Source: a bacterium BMS3Bbin13 (GTDB lineage: Bacteria; Pseudomonadota; Gammaproteobacteria; 21-64-14). From it: DNA of 64,000 bases. The notes beneath the pieces are model-generated. The model saw only the letters and a program-made list of their open reading frames with translations, made no database searches and had not been told where the DNA came from. The position numbers and the translations under genes were made by a program. The stretch covers positions 37,230-101,229 of the forward strand of contig BDTW01000034.1 in NCBI GenBank assembly GCA_002897735.1. The letters run 5' to 3'. Positions 1 to 7,594 of the stretch are shown piece after piece (position 1 is the first letter of the stretch; each line of letters opens with the position of its first letter).

Positions 1-419
1 CGTACATCCGCCAGGACGCTTGGGCCTACGGGCAACGGCTGCGCCGCGAGCTGCCGCTGAACGAGCACGGCCTACCGCGGTTTCACCTGATCCTGCTCGG
101 AATGGGACCCGACGGGCACACCGCGTCGCTGTTTCCCGGAACCTGCATCCAGCACGAAACGTCCCTGCCGGTAGCGGCGGTGTATGTACCGCGTTTGCAT
201 ACTTGGCGCATCAGCGTCACCTACCCGCTGCTCGCGGCGGCGGACCACATCGTGCTCCTGACCGAGGGCGATGGCAAGGCTCCCATACTGGCGCGCGTGT
301 TCCGCGAACCGCCGGAGCAACCGATGCTGCCGGTCCGCCGAGTCGCCGAGTCGCACGCGACCGAGTGGTTCCTGGACGAGGCCGCCGCGGCGCAGCTACC
401 GCGGCGCGAATCGCGATGA
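1..419 (+). CDS. pgl: 6-phosphogluconolactonase, 5'-truncated at window edge
   Basis: Frame 3 translates ...LILLGMGPDGHTASLFPG..., the signature motif of 6-phosphogluconolactonase / NagB-type sugar isomerases. The stop at 417-419 overlaps the glk start as ATGA. Confidence 0.8.
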   Translation, partial: YIRQDAWAYGQRLRRELPLNEHGLPRFHLILLGMGPDGHTASLFPGTCIQHETSLPVAAVYVPRLHTWRISVTYPLLAAADHIVLLTEGDGKAPILARVFREPPEQPMLPVRRVAESHATEWFLDEAAAAQLPRRESR

Positions 420-1420
420 AGGTGCTGGCCGGCGATGTCGGTGGCACCAAGACCCTGCTGCTGGTGGCCGAGTGCAATGCCGGAGGTTGCCGGAAACTGC
501 GGCAGGAACGCTTCGAGAGCGACGCCTATGACGGGCTGTCGCCGATGGTGCAGGGGTTCCTGTCCACGGCGGGGGACGCGGCCGAGGGCCTCGATCACGC
601 CTGCTTCGGCATCGCCGGTCCGGTGGAGGGGAACGCCGGCGGACAGCGGGCACGCGTAACCAATCTGCCCTGGGAATTGGACAGCACGCAACTCGCCGCC
701 ACGTTGGGACTGGCACGGGTACGCCTGATCAACGATTTTCAGGCCGTCGGCTACGGGATCGACGCACTGCCGGCCGCCGATCTGATCCCACTCCAAGAAG
801 GACGCACGGTGCCGGGCGGCCCGCGCGTGGTGATCGGCGCCGGCACCGGCCTTGGCGAGGGACTGCTGATCTGGCAGGGCGGGCACTACGAAGTGCTGCC
901 CTCCGAGGGCGGCCACACCGACTTCGCGCCCACCGACGCGGACCAAGTGGCGGTGTTCGAGGCCTTGCGCCGGCGCTACGGCCGGGTCTCCTACGAGCGG
1001 GTCCTATCCGGTCGGGGTCTGGTCAACCTCCTCGAACACCTGCCGCGGGCGCCCGGCGAACAACCCTCGGCGGAACTGAACGAGGCAATGCACGCGGGCG
1101 ACCCCGCGGCGGCGATCAGCGAATTCGCACTGGGGGGACGTGACCGCCTCGCAGAACGCGCCCTCGAATGCTTCGTGCGCATCTACGGCGCAAAGGCCGG
1201 CAATCTGGCCCTGACCTGCCTCGCCACCGGCGGCGTATTCCTGGCCGGCGGCATCGCGCCCAAGATCCTGCCGCGGCTGCGCGAGGGCCCGTTCATGACG
1301 GCGTTTCGCGACAAGGGCCGCATGGCCGGGCTGTTGGCCACCCTTCCGGTGCGGGTGATCCGCAACCCGCAGGTCGGGCTCCTGGGAGCGGCGCTGGCGG
1401 CCATGAAGTCGGCAGGTTGA
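416..1420 (+). CDS. glk: glucokinase
   Basis: MKVLAGDVGGTKT... is the ROK/glucokinase N-terminal ATP-binding motif. Length about 334 aa. ATGA start/stop overlap with pgl (the pgl-glk arrangement of the Entner-Doudoroff/zwf cluster). Confidence 0.85.
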   Translation: MKVLAGDVGGTKTLLLVAECNAGGCRKLRQERFESDAYDGLSPMVQGFLSTAGDAAEGLDHACFGIAGPVEGNAGGQRARVTNLPWELDSTQLAATLGLARVRLINDFQAVGYGIDALPAADLIPLQEGRTVPGGPRVVIGAGTGLGEGLLIWQGGHYEVLPSEGGHTDFAPTDADQVAVFEALRRRYGRVSYERVLSGRGLVNLLEHLPRAPGEQPSAELNEAMHAGDPAAAISEFALGGRDRLAERALECFVRIYGAKAGNLALTCLATGGVFLAGGIAPKILPRLREGPFMTAFRDKGRMAGLLATLPVRVIRNPQVGLLGAALAAMKSAG

Positions 1421-1475
1421 CTCGAAAATCGTTTCGCGCCGATCACCTCGTGAGGCCATCATGGTAAAGGATGCC

Positions 1476-1557
1476 GGAAAATTCAATGCGAAGGGGCCTT
1501 GCCATGGGCTTTGGTCTGCGCCGGTTGCAGGGATGTTACAATGCGAGAACTGACCCC
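1476..1557. repeat. 82-bp conserved intergenic element, copy A (76/82 identical to copy B at 5918-5999)
   Basis: Direct comparison of the two copies shows a 33-nt identical block, a 13-nt variable block, then 36 nt with one mismatch. It contains a direct repeat of CAATGCGA spaced 43 nt apart. It lies 45 nt after the glk stop and about 50 nt after the stop of the minus-strand gene ending at 1606. Confidence 0.8.
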
Positions 1558-1605
1558 GCTCTTCTTTGGCGGGGCGACACAGGCAACGCCCGCCCAAACC
1601 GCCTT

Positions 1606-2790
1606 CTACTCGGCGGCCGCTCTTCCGATGCCGTATTTCACCGCGCGGGCGGGCAGGTACCAGAGGGCGCCATCCAGCGTCATCAGGAAGCCCGCACCCA
1701 CGAGGACGAAATCGAGGTAGCTGTACGGCCCCGAGCCCAGCACCTTGTTCATGGCGAAACCGAGGCCCATGAAGGAGATGCCCGTGCGCAGGAAGGAAAG
1801 GCCGGTCCTCGCCCGCGCGTAGAGCGTCCGGTGGCCGGCGGCGATCGTCCTCTGCGCGGCGAGCATGTTGCGTTCCCGCGCGAGATAGGTGCGCTCCTTG
1901 CTGGCCGGCACCGGTCGGATGAGGGAGCAGTAATTGGTGATCGACGCCGCCATGCGGGCAAGCAAGGTCTTGTTACGTGGCTTGGCGGGGGCCTCTTCGA
2001 GGTGGTAGCGGTCGGTGAAGCGGATGGTCTCGTCGGTGACCTCCACCATGGCATGGCGCCAGGGCGCACTCATCTGCCGGCGGCGTATCTTCAGGTAATC
2101 GTAGAGCCCGGCGGCGGCCAGGCCGATCCCCGCGGCCAGGATGGCGGCGTGATACGGCTTGAGACCGTGTGCCTGGATGCGCGTCAGGGCGTTCGACAGG
2201 GCCACCATGGCCAAGCCCCAGCGCAGCAGCTTCATGGCCGTCCGCGCCCGGGCGTGCTCGGTGCGGTGGCAGGCGAGCCGGGTGCGCCACAGGGCCATGT
2301 TGTTGCGCCAATGGGCGAGCCCGGTGCGTTCGATGCCGATCAGGAGTTTCGCCTCGGCGTGCAGATAGTCCTGGATGTACCGGCGCACGTCCTCGGCGAG
2401 GGCGACGCGGAATTCGTATTGGGCCGCCGGGACGCGCCGCATCACGTCCGCCTTCATCGTCTCGCTGTGCGGATCGGCGGCCGCGATGACCGCGGTCTCG
2501 CCGAGCATCATGACCGGGAACCACTTTCCGGCCTGGAGCACGTCGCCGTCCAGGCCGGCGAACAGGCGTGACGGCACCGGCACCCGCTCGTCATACTGGA
2601 TGAAGCGGCAGCCGAAATGTCTGGAGAGCGCGGTCAGCAGTGCGCAGCGCGAGACGCCGACGTCCTTCAGCAGCACCCTTTCCAACTCGACGCCGCGGGC
2701 GGCGGCGCTTTCCTGGGCGGCGGCAAGCTGCTCCATCGTAAGGACACCGTCCTCCACCAGGGAAACGTAGGGGGTCGATTCAGTTGTCAT
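1606..2790 (-). CDS. membrane protein with N-terminal MshEN/T2SS-E N-terminal-like domain and two DUF202 (YidH-like) two-helix units
   Basis: The N-terminus LVEDGVLTMEQLAAAQE...G.ELERVLL..G.VS...LL.ALS..FG matches the MshEN/GspE_N motif. It is followed by repeated (E/A)RT.LA..RT..A..RTG...RTG + hydrophobic hairpin + FWYLPA units. It overlaps the upstream paralog by 11 bp (co-operonic). Confidence 0.6.
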   Translation of the reverse strand: MTTESTPYVSLVEDGVLTMEQLAAAQESAAARGVELERVLLKDVGVSRCALLTALSRHFGCRFIQYDERVPVPSRLFAGLDGDVLQAGKWFPVMMLGETAVIAAADPHSETMKADVMRRVPAAQYEFRVALAEDVRRYIQDYLHAEAKLLIGIERTGLAHWRNNMALWRTRLACHRTEHARARTAMKLLRWGLAMVALSNALTRIQAHGLKPYHAAILAAGIGLAAAGLYDYLKIRRRQMSAPWRHAMVEVTDETIRFTDRYHLEEAPAKPRNKTLLARMAASITNYCSLIRPVPASKERTYLARERNMLAAQRTIAAGHRTLYARARTGLSFLRTGISFMGLGFAMNKVLGSGPYSYLDFVLVGAGFLMTLDGALWYLPARAVKYGIGRAAAE

Positions 2791-4378
2791 GGCTGAAAGA
2801 GATCCGCTCCCAGGACACGGCCGGCTCGCTGTAGTCGGGGTGGACGATTTCGAAGTCGCCGACGCAGAACGGCGAACGTCGCTTGATCCGTTCCGCCGGC
2901 AGGAACCAGTAGAGGCCGTCGCCGATCAGGTACAGGCCGACGACCACGAGCAGGATGTCGAACGCCGCCCAGAATGCGTTTTCGCCGCCGAAATAGACGA
3001 ACAGGCCGGCGCCCACCGCCATGATGCTGAAGCCGGTCCGGATGAAGGCCGCTCCAGTGCGCGAGCGCGCCATCATGGTTCGCAACAGCGACATCGCGTT
3101 GCGTCTGTCGGCGAGCACGGTGCGCACCAGCGCAAGGCCCGTGGTGGCCCACACTCCGGGTTGAGCCTGAGGGGATAACGCCTCGGCCGACTGATCCTGG
3201 TTTAGTGTCGTGTAGAGGCACAACGAAGGGAATATGAGGTCCCAGAGGCCTTTCTTCCCGCCCGCCTTGTCGATGGTTTCGCGGCCGATATTGGCCGCCT
3301 TCCTGCCCGGCAAGTACCAATAGAATCCTTCCGCCAGCATGATCGTGCCCGCGGCGATCAGCGTCCAGTCGAACACCGACCACGGACCTGGATGGAACTG
3401 GCGAAAGAAGCCAATACCGATGCCGACGAAGGCGACGCCGGTACGGCCGAAGGCGAGGCCGGTCCGGGCCTTGGCCATCATGGTCCGCAGGTAGGCCTGG
3501 ACCGTTCTCTCTTCAGCGAGATTGAGGCGGTCGTTGGCCAGAAAACGCCGTCTTTCGACCGGAGAGAGCGAGTCCCAGTCCTGCCTCAATGCCGCGGCGC
3601 TCTCCACCACGGCGCTGCGGCCGAAGTTCATGTCTCCGCCGGGATCGGAGACCTCCAGTACGGAAAATCCCTCCGGCACGTCGTAAAGCGGGTAGCGCTT
3701 GATTTCCCTTGTTTCCCGCCGCGCCGGCAGGTACCAGAACAGGCCGTCGGCGATGGCGGCAACACCCAAAACCAGCAGCGGGATCTCCACCGACAGCAAA
3801 TCCCCCGCACCGAAAAGCCGCAAGAACACCACGGCGATGCTCACGCAGGCGAGCCCAGTACGGGTGAGCGCGAGTCCGGTCCGGCTCCTCGCAAACTGGG
3901 TCCTCTGGGCGGCATAGCGGGTGCGAACGATGGCGAGATAGGTCCTCGCCTTGGCCAGCGGCGTCCTTCCGGCCGAGGCGGGAAAATCCGCATTCAAGTC
4001 CCAGCTGTTTTCGATGAGCCGGATGAGATCGGGGCGCGTGGCGACCCGGAAAACGATCTTGTCGACGCCAAGGGCCTCCCGGATGCTCCGGTTCAGATCG
4101 GGGTCGTCAGGATTGCAGGCGATGACCTCTGCACTGTCTCCGCTGACCGACAGTGGCATCCACAGTTCGGACCTTAGCGTGTCCAGGTCCAGGCGCTGCA
4201 GGATGGTCTGCGGTACCGTCAGATCCTCGTCGTATTCGACGGTCGGACAGGCGTAACGCCTCGAGAGGCAGGCTAGGATTTCATGTTTTGGAGAGCCCGG
4301 ATGGCAGGTCGCCTCTTCCGGGCAAGGGCCCCTACAGGGAGCGGCTTGCTGAATGTGTTGTTCGTTCTCGCGGGTCAT
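2780..4378 (-). CDS. paralogous membrane protein: MshEN/T2SE_N-like N-terminal domain plus three DUF202-like two-helix units
   Basis: 532 aa. N-terminal region resembles GspE_N. Three repeats of ...RT.LA..RT..A..RTGLA..RTG... followed by two TM helices and a (F/L)(Y/F)W(Y/F)LPA motif. The last 11 bp overlap the downstream paralog. Confidence 0.6.
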   Translation of the reverse strand: MTRENEQHIQQAAPCRGPCPEEATCHPGSPKHEILACLSRRYACPTVEYDEDLTVPQTILQRLDLDTLRSELWMPLSVSGDSAEVIACNPDDPDLNRSIREALGVDKIVFRVATRPDLIRLIENSWDLNADFPASAGRTPLAKARTYLAIVRTRYAAQRTQFARSRTGLALTRTGLACVSIAVVFLRLFGAGDLLSVEIPLLVLGVAAIADGLFWYLPARRETREIKRYPLYDVPEGFSVLEVSDPGGDMNFGRSAVVESAAALRQDWDSLSPVERRRFLANDRLNLAEERTVQAYLRTMMAKARTGLAFGRTGVAFVGIGIGFFRQFHPGPWSVFDWTLIAAGTIMLAEGFYWYLPGRKAANIGRETIDKAGGKKGLWDLIFPSLCLYTTLNQDQSAEALSPQAQPGVWATTGLALVRTVLADRRNAMSLLRTMMARSRTGAAFIRTGFSIMAVGAGLFVYFGGENAFWAAFDILLVVVGLYLIGDGLYWFLPAERIKRRSPFCVGDFEIVHPDYSEPAVSWERISFSHDN

Positions 4379-4687
4379 GAGCCCATTCTCTTCGGCTGAT
4401 TCAAATCGCTGGGTGTTTCACCGGCCCCTCACACCGGGGCGGCTCAGGCGTGGAGTCGCCCGTTCACCCGGCGCACTGTCCGACACGATCCCCCGGCACT
4501 TCCCTCGGAGTGGTTGCCTTGCGCCTGAGCGCGTCGTAAGCAGCCCGGTTCACTATGCCACTATGCTTCATAGCCGTCGAATTGTATCAAAATGGCTCTG
4601 TTGGATTTCGAGTGGGTTGGCCTGCCTATTCCACACATCTTTTGAGGCCAAGGGTGCGGGAAGTCGATGAGTGACGGTATTGCGAGG

Positions 4688-4989
4688 TTATCCGTTGCAG
4701 AGCTGTCGGCGGAAGGCGCCGACGAGCGGGTAGACCCAGACGCTTTTGACCGGCTCGGCGTGACGATGCAGCCGATCGAGCTTGCCACGTCCCTTGGTGT
4801 CGCCCAGGTATTGCCGGTTGGCGGCCTTGTAGCAGGTGCCCGCGAAGCGGGGCTTTTCGACGAAGGTTTCCAGCAGGACCGGCCGGTACGCATAACGGGC
4901 ATGCCAGTCGTCCGCGAGGCGTCGGGCGACCAGGGCGAGGACGCGCGAGGCGAGGTTACGGCACCGGATCCACGCCAGGATGAGGAAGC
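4688..4989 (-). pseudogene. C-terminal fragment of a DUF4338-like protein (family recalled from Druantia DruA-type proteins)
   Basis: Minus-strand translation ...RPVLLETFVEKPRFAGTCYKAANRQYLGDTKGRGKLDR...FRRQLCNG* has no start codon. An in-frame stop lies immediately upstream at 4990-4992, followed by GGAATTCGGGGA direct repeats. The family assignment is from memory of the motif. Confidence 0.4.
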
Positions 4990-5208
4990 ATCAAATGGCT
5001 CCGGAATTCGGAATTCGGGGACAGCGGAATTCGGGGATAGTGTACCTAATTCGTGCCTGTCTGTTATGCGATTACGGTGATCCGCGAATCGGCCTCTCCT
5101 TGAACGACTGCCAACGCCGGCGCGATCCTGCGAGCGAGTGACGATCGCAAATGGGTATACTGTCACTGGAATACGGTGATTTGCAACGTTATGCTGCCAC
5201 CAAACATT

Positions 5209-5237
5209 TTGTAACCTGATACGTAATAGGTTACACT
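5209..5237 (+). promoter_or_regulatory. sigma70-like promoter (TTGTAA-17-TACACT) overlapping a GTAACCT...AGGTTAC operator palindrome upstream of higB
   Basis: Hexamers with a 17-bp spacer. The 7-bp inverted repeat between them is typical of antitoxin-autoregulated TA promoters. The ATG is only about 7 nt after the -10, so the mRNA may be leaderless. Confidence 0.5.
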
Positions 5238-5243
5238 CCAGAT

Positions 5244-5522
5244 ATGATGCGAAACTTCAAGCATAAGGGGCTTGAAAAATATTTCCTGAAGGGAATCAAA
5301 TCAGGGATTCAGGCCAAACATGCTGCCCGGCTGAGAATAATTCTCGGCCGGTTAAACGCTGCGACAAACCCAAAGGACATGAATCTTCCGGGCCTGAAGT
5401 TACATCAACTTAGCGGGCGTAGGAACGGCGTCTGGTCGGTTTGGGTTAGTGGCAACTGGCGTGTCACATTTCGTTTCGACGGGAAGGATGCCGAAGCTGT
5501 TGATTATGAAGATTATCATTGA
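5244..5522 (+). CDS. higB: type II toxin HigB (RelE/ParE superfamily, plasmid maintenance system killer)
   Basis: 92 aa, ...HKGLEKYF...LPGLKLHQLSG...WSVWVSGNWRVTFRF... matches the HigB family. Followed 6 nt later by the HigA-type antitoxin. Confidence 0.85.
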   Translation: MMRNFKHKGLEKYFLKGIKSGIQAKHAARLRIILGRLNAATNPKDMNLPGLKLHQLSGRRNGVWSVWVSGNWRVTFRFDGKDAEAVDYEDYH

Positions 5523-5528
5523 GGTGTA

Positions 5529-5819
5529 ATGATGAAGATGCATAACCCGCCCCATCCCGGTGAAGTGCTTCGCGAGCTGTGTATAGAACCAATGGGGCTG
5601 AGTATCACCGAAGCTGCTGAGGCTCTTGGTGTTAGCCGGAAAACCCTTTCTGCCATATTGAATGGTCGGGCCGGCATTAGCCCTGAAATGGCGGTTCGTC
5701 TTTCTTTGGCATTCGGAACCTCCGCTGAGAGCTGGTTGAATCAGCAGGCGCAGTATGATCTATGGGAGGCAGAGAAAAAGCGCAAGACGTTGAAGGTCAG
5801 GAAGCTATCGGCAGCATAA
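5529..5819 (+). CDS. higA: antitoxin HigA (XRE-family HTH)
   Basis: 96 aa, ...GEVLRE...[42 protein letters not shown]... is the HigA HTH_3 antitoxin signature. Confidence 0.85.
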   Translation: MMKMHNPPHPGEVLRELCIEPMGLSITEAAEALGVSRKTLSAILNGRAGISPEMAVRLSLAFGTSAESWLNQQAQYDLWEAEKKRKTLKVRKLSAA

Positions 5820-5864
5820 GGCAAGTTCGATACGGGCGCTCTTTTGGGGTCCACCTCAGAGAAA

Positions 5865-5916
5865 GGGGACGGAGGGAATATTGTTTATTCCCTCCGTCCC
5901 CTTTCTCCCCTTTCTC
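5865..5916 (+). terminator. rho-independent terminator of higBA
   Basis: Perfect 16-bp stem GGGGACGGAGGGAATA / TATTCCCTCCGTCCCC with a 5-nt loop, followed by TTTCTCCCCTTTCTC. Confidence 0.7.
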
Positions 5917-5917
5917 A

Positions 5918-5999
5918 GGAAAATTCAATGCGAAGGGGCCTTGCCATGGGTTTTCGTCTACATCGGTTGCAGGGATGTTACAACGCGAGAACTGACCCC
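5918..5999. repeat. 82-bp conserved intergenic element, copy B
   Basis: See copy A. It lies 31 nt downstream of the stop (6031) of the minus-strand HTH antitoxin gene and directly after the higBA terminator. It is followed by T-runs (ATTTTTTCGACCCCCGTTTTTTCCGTTTTTT). Confidence 0.8.
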
Positions 6000-6030
6000 A
6001 TTTTTTCGACCCCCGTTTTTTCCGTTTTTT

Positions 6031-6330
6031 CTACTCGTGCGCTGCTTCGGCATGTAGTTTCAAACCTAAAGCTGCCACCACTCTGAGAATTGTGTCGAAG
6101 CCTGGGGTTCGTTCCCCTGAAAGTGCTTTATAGAGACTTTCTCGCGACAAGCCGGCATCGCGCGCCACTTGAGACATACCCTTGGCGCGGGCGATGTCAC
6201 CAAGTGCCTTTGCAATCAAAGCCGCATCGCCGTCTGCCTCATCAAGGCACGCTTCCAAATAGGCGGCCATTTCCTCCGGGGTACGAAGATGTTCGGCGAT
6301 ATCGTAGCGAGTAGTAATAGTCTTGCGCAT
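6031..6330 (-). CDS. addiction-module antidote protein (HigA-2-like XRE HTH antitoxin)
   Basis: 99 aa, ...DIAEHLRTPEEMAAYLEACLDE...ALGDIARAKGMSQVARDAGLSRESLYKALSGERTPGFDTILRV.ALGL.L is the classic 'probable addiction module antidote protein' HTH. Downstream of and co-oriented with the toxin. Confidence 0.85.
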   Translation of the reverse strand: MRKTITTRYDIAEHLRTPEEMAAYLEACLDEADGDAALIAKALGDIARAKGMSQVARDAGLSRESLYKALSGERTPGFDTILRVVAALGLKLHAEAAHE

Positions 6331-6341
6331 TAGGAGTGTTC

Positions 6342-6632
6342 CTACAGATTATGAGCAAGGCGCAATGCAGTCTTGATATCTTTGGCTTGGGTGCGCTTAT
6401 CACCGCCAGCCAACAGAATTACCAATTCACGCCCTTGCTGTTTGTAATACACCCGATAACCGGGGCCATAGCCGATCCGCAACTCAGAGACGCATTCACC
6501 CACAGGCGCGGTGTCTCCCGGATTTCCCGCTGCCAAGCGTTCAACCCTCGTGAGCACTCGAGCCCGCGCCCGGATATCGTGCAGCCCATCGAGCCACTTG
6601 GCATACACCTCCGTTTTGCGAATCTCCAGCAT
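6342..6632 (-). CDS. addiction-module killer toxin (RelE/ParE superfamily)
   Basis: 96 aa, MLEIRKTEVYAKWLDGLHD..ARARVLTRVERLAAGNPGD...VGECVSELRIGYGPGYRVYYKQQG.ELVILLAGGDKRTQAKDI is the 'putative addiction module killer protein' family. Confidence 0.85.
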   Translation of the reverse strand: MLEIRKTEVYAKWLDGLHDIRARARVLTRVERLAAGNPGDTAPVGECVSELRIGYGPGYRVYYKQQGRELVILLAGGDKRTQAKDIKTALRLAHNL

Positions 6633-6638
6633 CGCTCA

Positions 6639-6667
6639 ACTGTAGCCCGCTGGCTACACGTTGTCAA
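6639..6667 (-). promoter_or_regulatory. sigma70 promoter TTGACA-17-TACAGT with GTAGCC..GGCTAC operator palindrome for the RelE/HTH operon
   Basis: On the minus strand: TTGACAacgtgtagccagcgggcTACAGT, about 6 nt upstream of the toxin ATG. Consensus -35 and near-consensus -10. The inverted repeat sits in the spacer. Confidence 0.6.
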
Positions 6668-6682
6668 TTGTCTTTCCTGACC

Positions 6683-6823
6683 GTCGCAGTAGGAACACCG
6701 GTTACCCGGTGACCCCTGCACAGATCCCGGCGTGCGATTTGCCCACACCGGGCTCTTCAGTCATACTCACTTGCGTAGAAGTGCAGTGACTCACGCAAGC
6801 CTCCGATTCATACCGCCCTGTGG
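6683..6823. repeat. 141-bp repeat, copy 1 (about 93% identical to copy 2 at 7247-7387)
   Basis: Two copies 564 bp apart, each immediately 5' (on the minus strand) of a cassette-like gene. Each contains three local hairpins: CACCGG-TTAC-CCGGTG, CCCGGCGTGCG..CGCACCGGG and TTGCGT..ACGCAA. Confidence 0.8.
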
Positions 6824-6880
6824 CGCGTTTTTGCGTCAGCAAAATGAGTGCCGCTTTTGACTGTCCGTTGCTGCTATTTG

Positions 6881-7237
6881 TTAGCACTGGGCGGCCAGAT
6901 ACTTGTAAAGCTTACGGCAAACCGTATCAAGCTCATTTTGCCATGTCTCGTTATCATAGTGAATTAACGGACCTTCTCCAGAATCTATATAGTACGTGAG
7001 GAATCTCTGTATTGATTTATTGCCACGATGCCCGTTTCCCACTTCTTCAACAAGGTAGCCTCCTAACGCATGTAGTGCTACGGAGTAACGTTGCTTAGTA
7101 CTTTTGCTTTTCTTATCAAGACCTGCCCAGTTCCAGAATTCTTGAAAGATCAACAGTAACTCTTCAGATGTTTTCCTTTCCTGAGCTGGCTTTACGCCGT
7201 TGCGCCAGTCTGCGATCCATTCTGTTGCTGGTTTCAT
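6881..7237 (-). CDS. hypothetical protein (cassette-like ORF, no recognised family)
   Basis: 118 aa from ATG at 7237 (MKPATEWIADWRNG...). The longer ORF in the track starts inside the 141-bp repeat. The TAA stop is embedded in TGCTAAC. Lower GC than the surroundings. Confidence 0.45.
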   Translation of the reverse strand: MKPATEWIADWRNGVKPAQERKTSEELLLIFQEFWNWAGLDKKSKSTKQRYSVALHALGGYLVEEVGNGHRGNKSIQRFLTYYIDSGEGPLIHYDNETWQNELDTVCRKLYKYLAAQC

Positions 7238-7246
7238 ATCAAGTGC

Positions 7247-7387
7247 GTCGCAGTAGGAACACCGGTTACCCGGTGACCCCTGCACAGATCCCGGCGTGCG
7301 GTTTTCCCGCACCGGGCTCTTCAGTCCTACTCACTCGCGCAGAAATGCAGTGACTCACGCAAGCCTCCGATTCATACCGCCCTGTGG
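7247..7387. repeat. 141-bp repeat, copy 2
   Basis: See copy 1. It ends 9 nt before the ATG of the 6881-7237 gene on the minus strand. Confidence 0.8.
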
Positions 7388-7526
7388 GTCTGGTTGGGTG
7401 ATGGAAAGGCGTATGCCTTCAATACCCGCTTGATCCCCTCCCACGTCAGGCTTCGCCTTTGGCTCCGTCGATTCAACCACTTGTAGAGCAATTTGACCAC
7501 CTCCCTGTAAAATATCCACAGTAGGG

Positions 7527-7594
7527 GGAATAGGGGACAGACCACGGTTTTCCTGGAGATTTCCGCGATAAAACCGTGGTCTGTCCCCTATTCC
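7527..7594. repeat. perfect 25-bp inverted repeat (GGAATAGGGGACAGACCACGGTTTT / AAAACCGTGGTCTGTCCCCTATTCC) with an 18-nt loop
   Basis: Seen directly. It lies 3 nt from the GTTAGGC motif and 13 nt from the stop of the 7608-8027 gene. Confidence 0.85.

Noticed and set aside
1471-2571. Plus-strand ORF beginning inside the 82-bp element (MPENSMRRGLAMGF...), with a similar start in ORF 5844-6086
   Set aside because: The shared peptide is an artefact of nucleotide conservation of the repeat. The ORFs diverge completely after it and run antisense to well-supported genes.
4380-4700. Possible tRNA/tmRNA integration target at the islet's left boundary
   Set aside because: No tRNA-like T-arm (GGTTCGAATCC) or CCA-end structure was seen here or elsewhere in the window.
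4353-5166. ORFs 4353-4670(+), 4667-5080(+) and 4561-5166(-) in the islet's left arm
   Set aside because: No homology and low complexity. The only recognisable reading frame here is the unlisted DUF4338-like fragment at 4688-4989 (minus strand).
1476-5999. 82-bp elements as attC sites
   Set aside because: No core-site heptamers on either strand and no overall palindromic symmetry.
6683-7387. 141-bp repeats as canonical integron attC sites
   Set aside because: The ends lack RYYYAAC/GTTRRRY. The conserved block ends ...CTGCGAC-G followed by non-TT bases. The unit folds as three separate short hairpins rather than one long imperfect palindrome. Kept only as 'repeat associated with cassette boundaries'.
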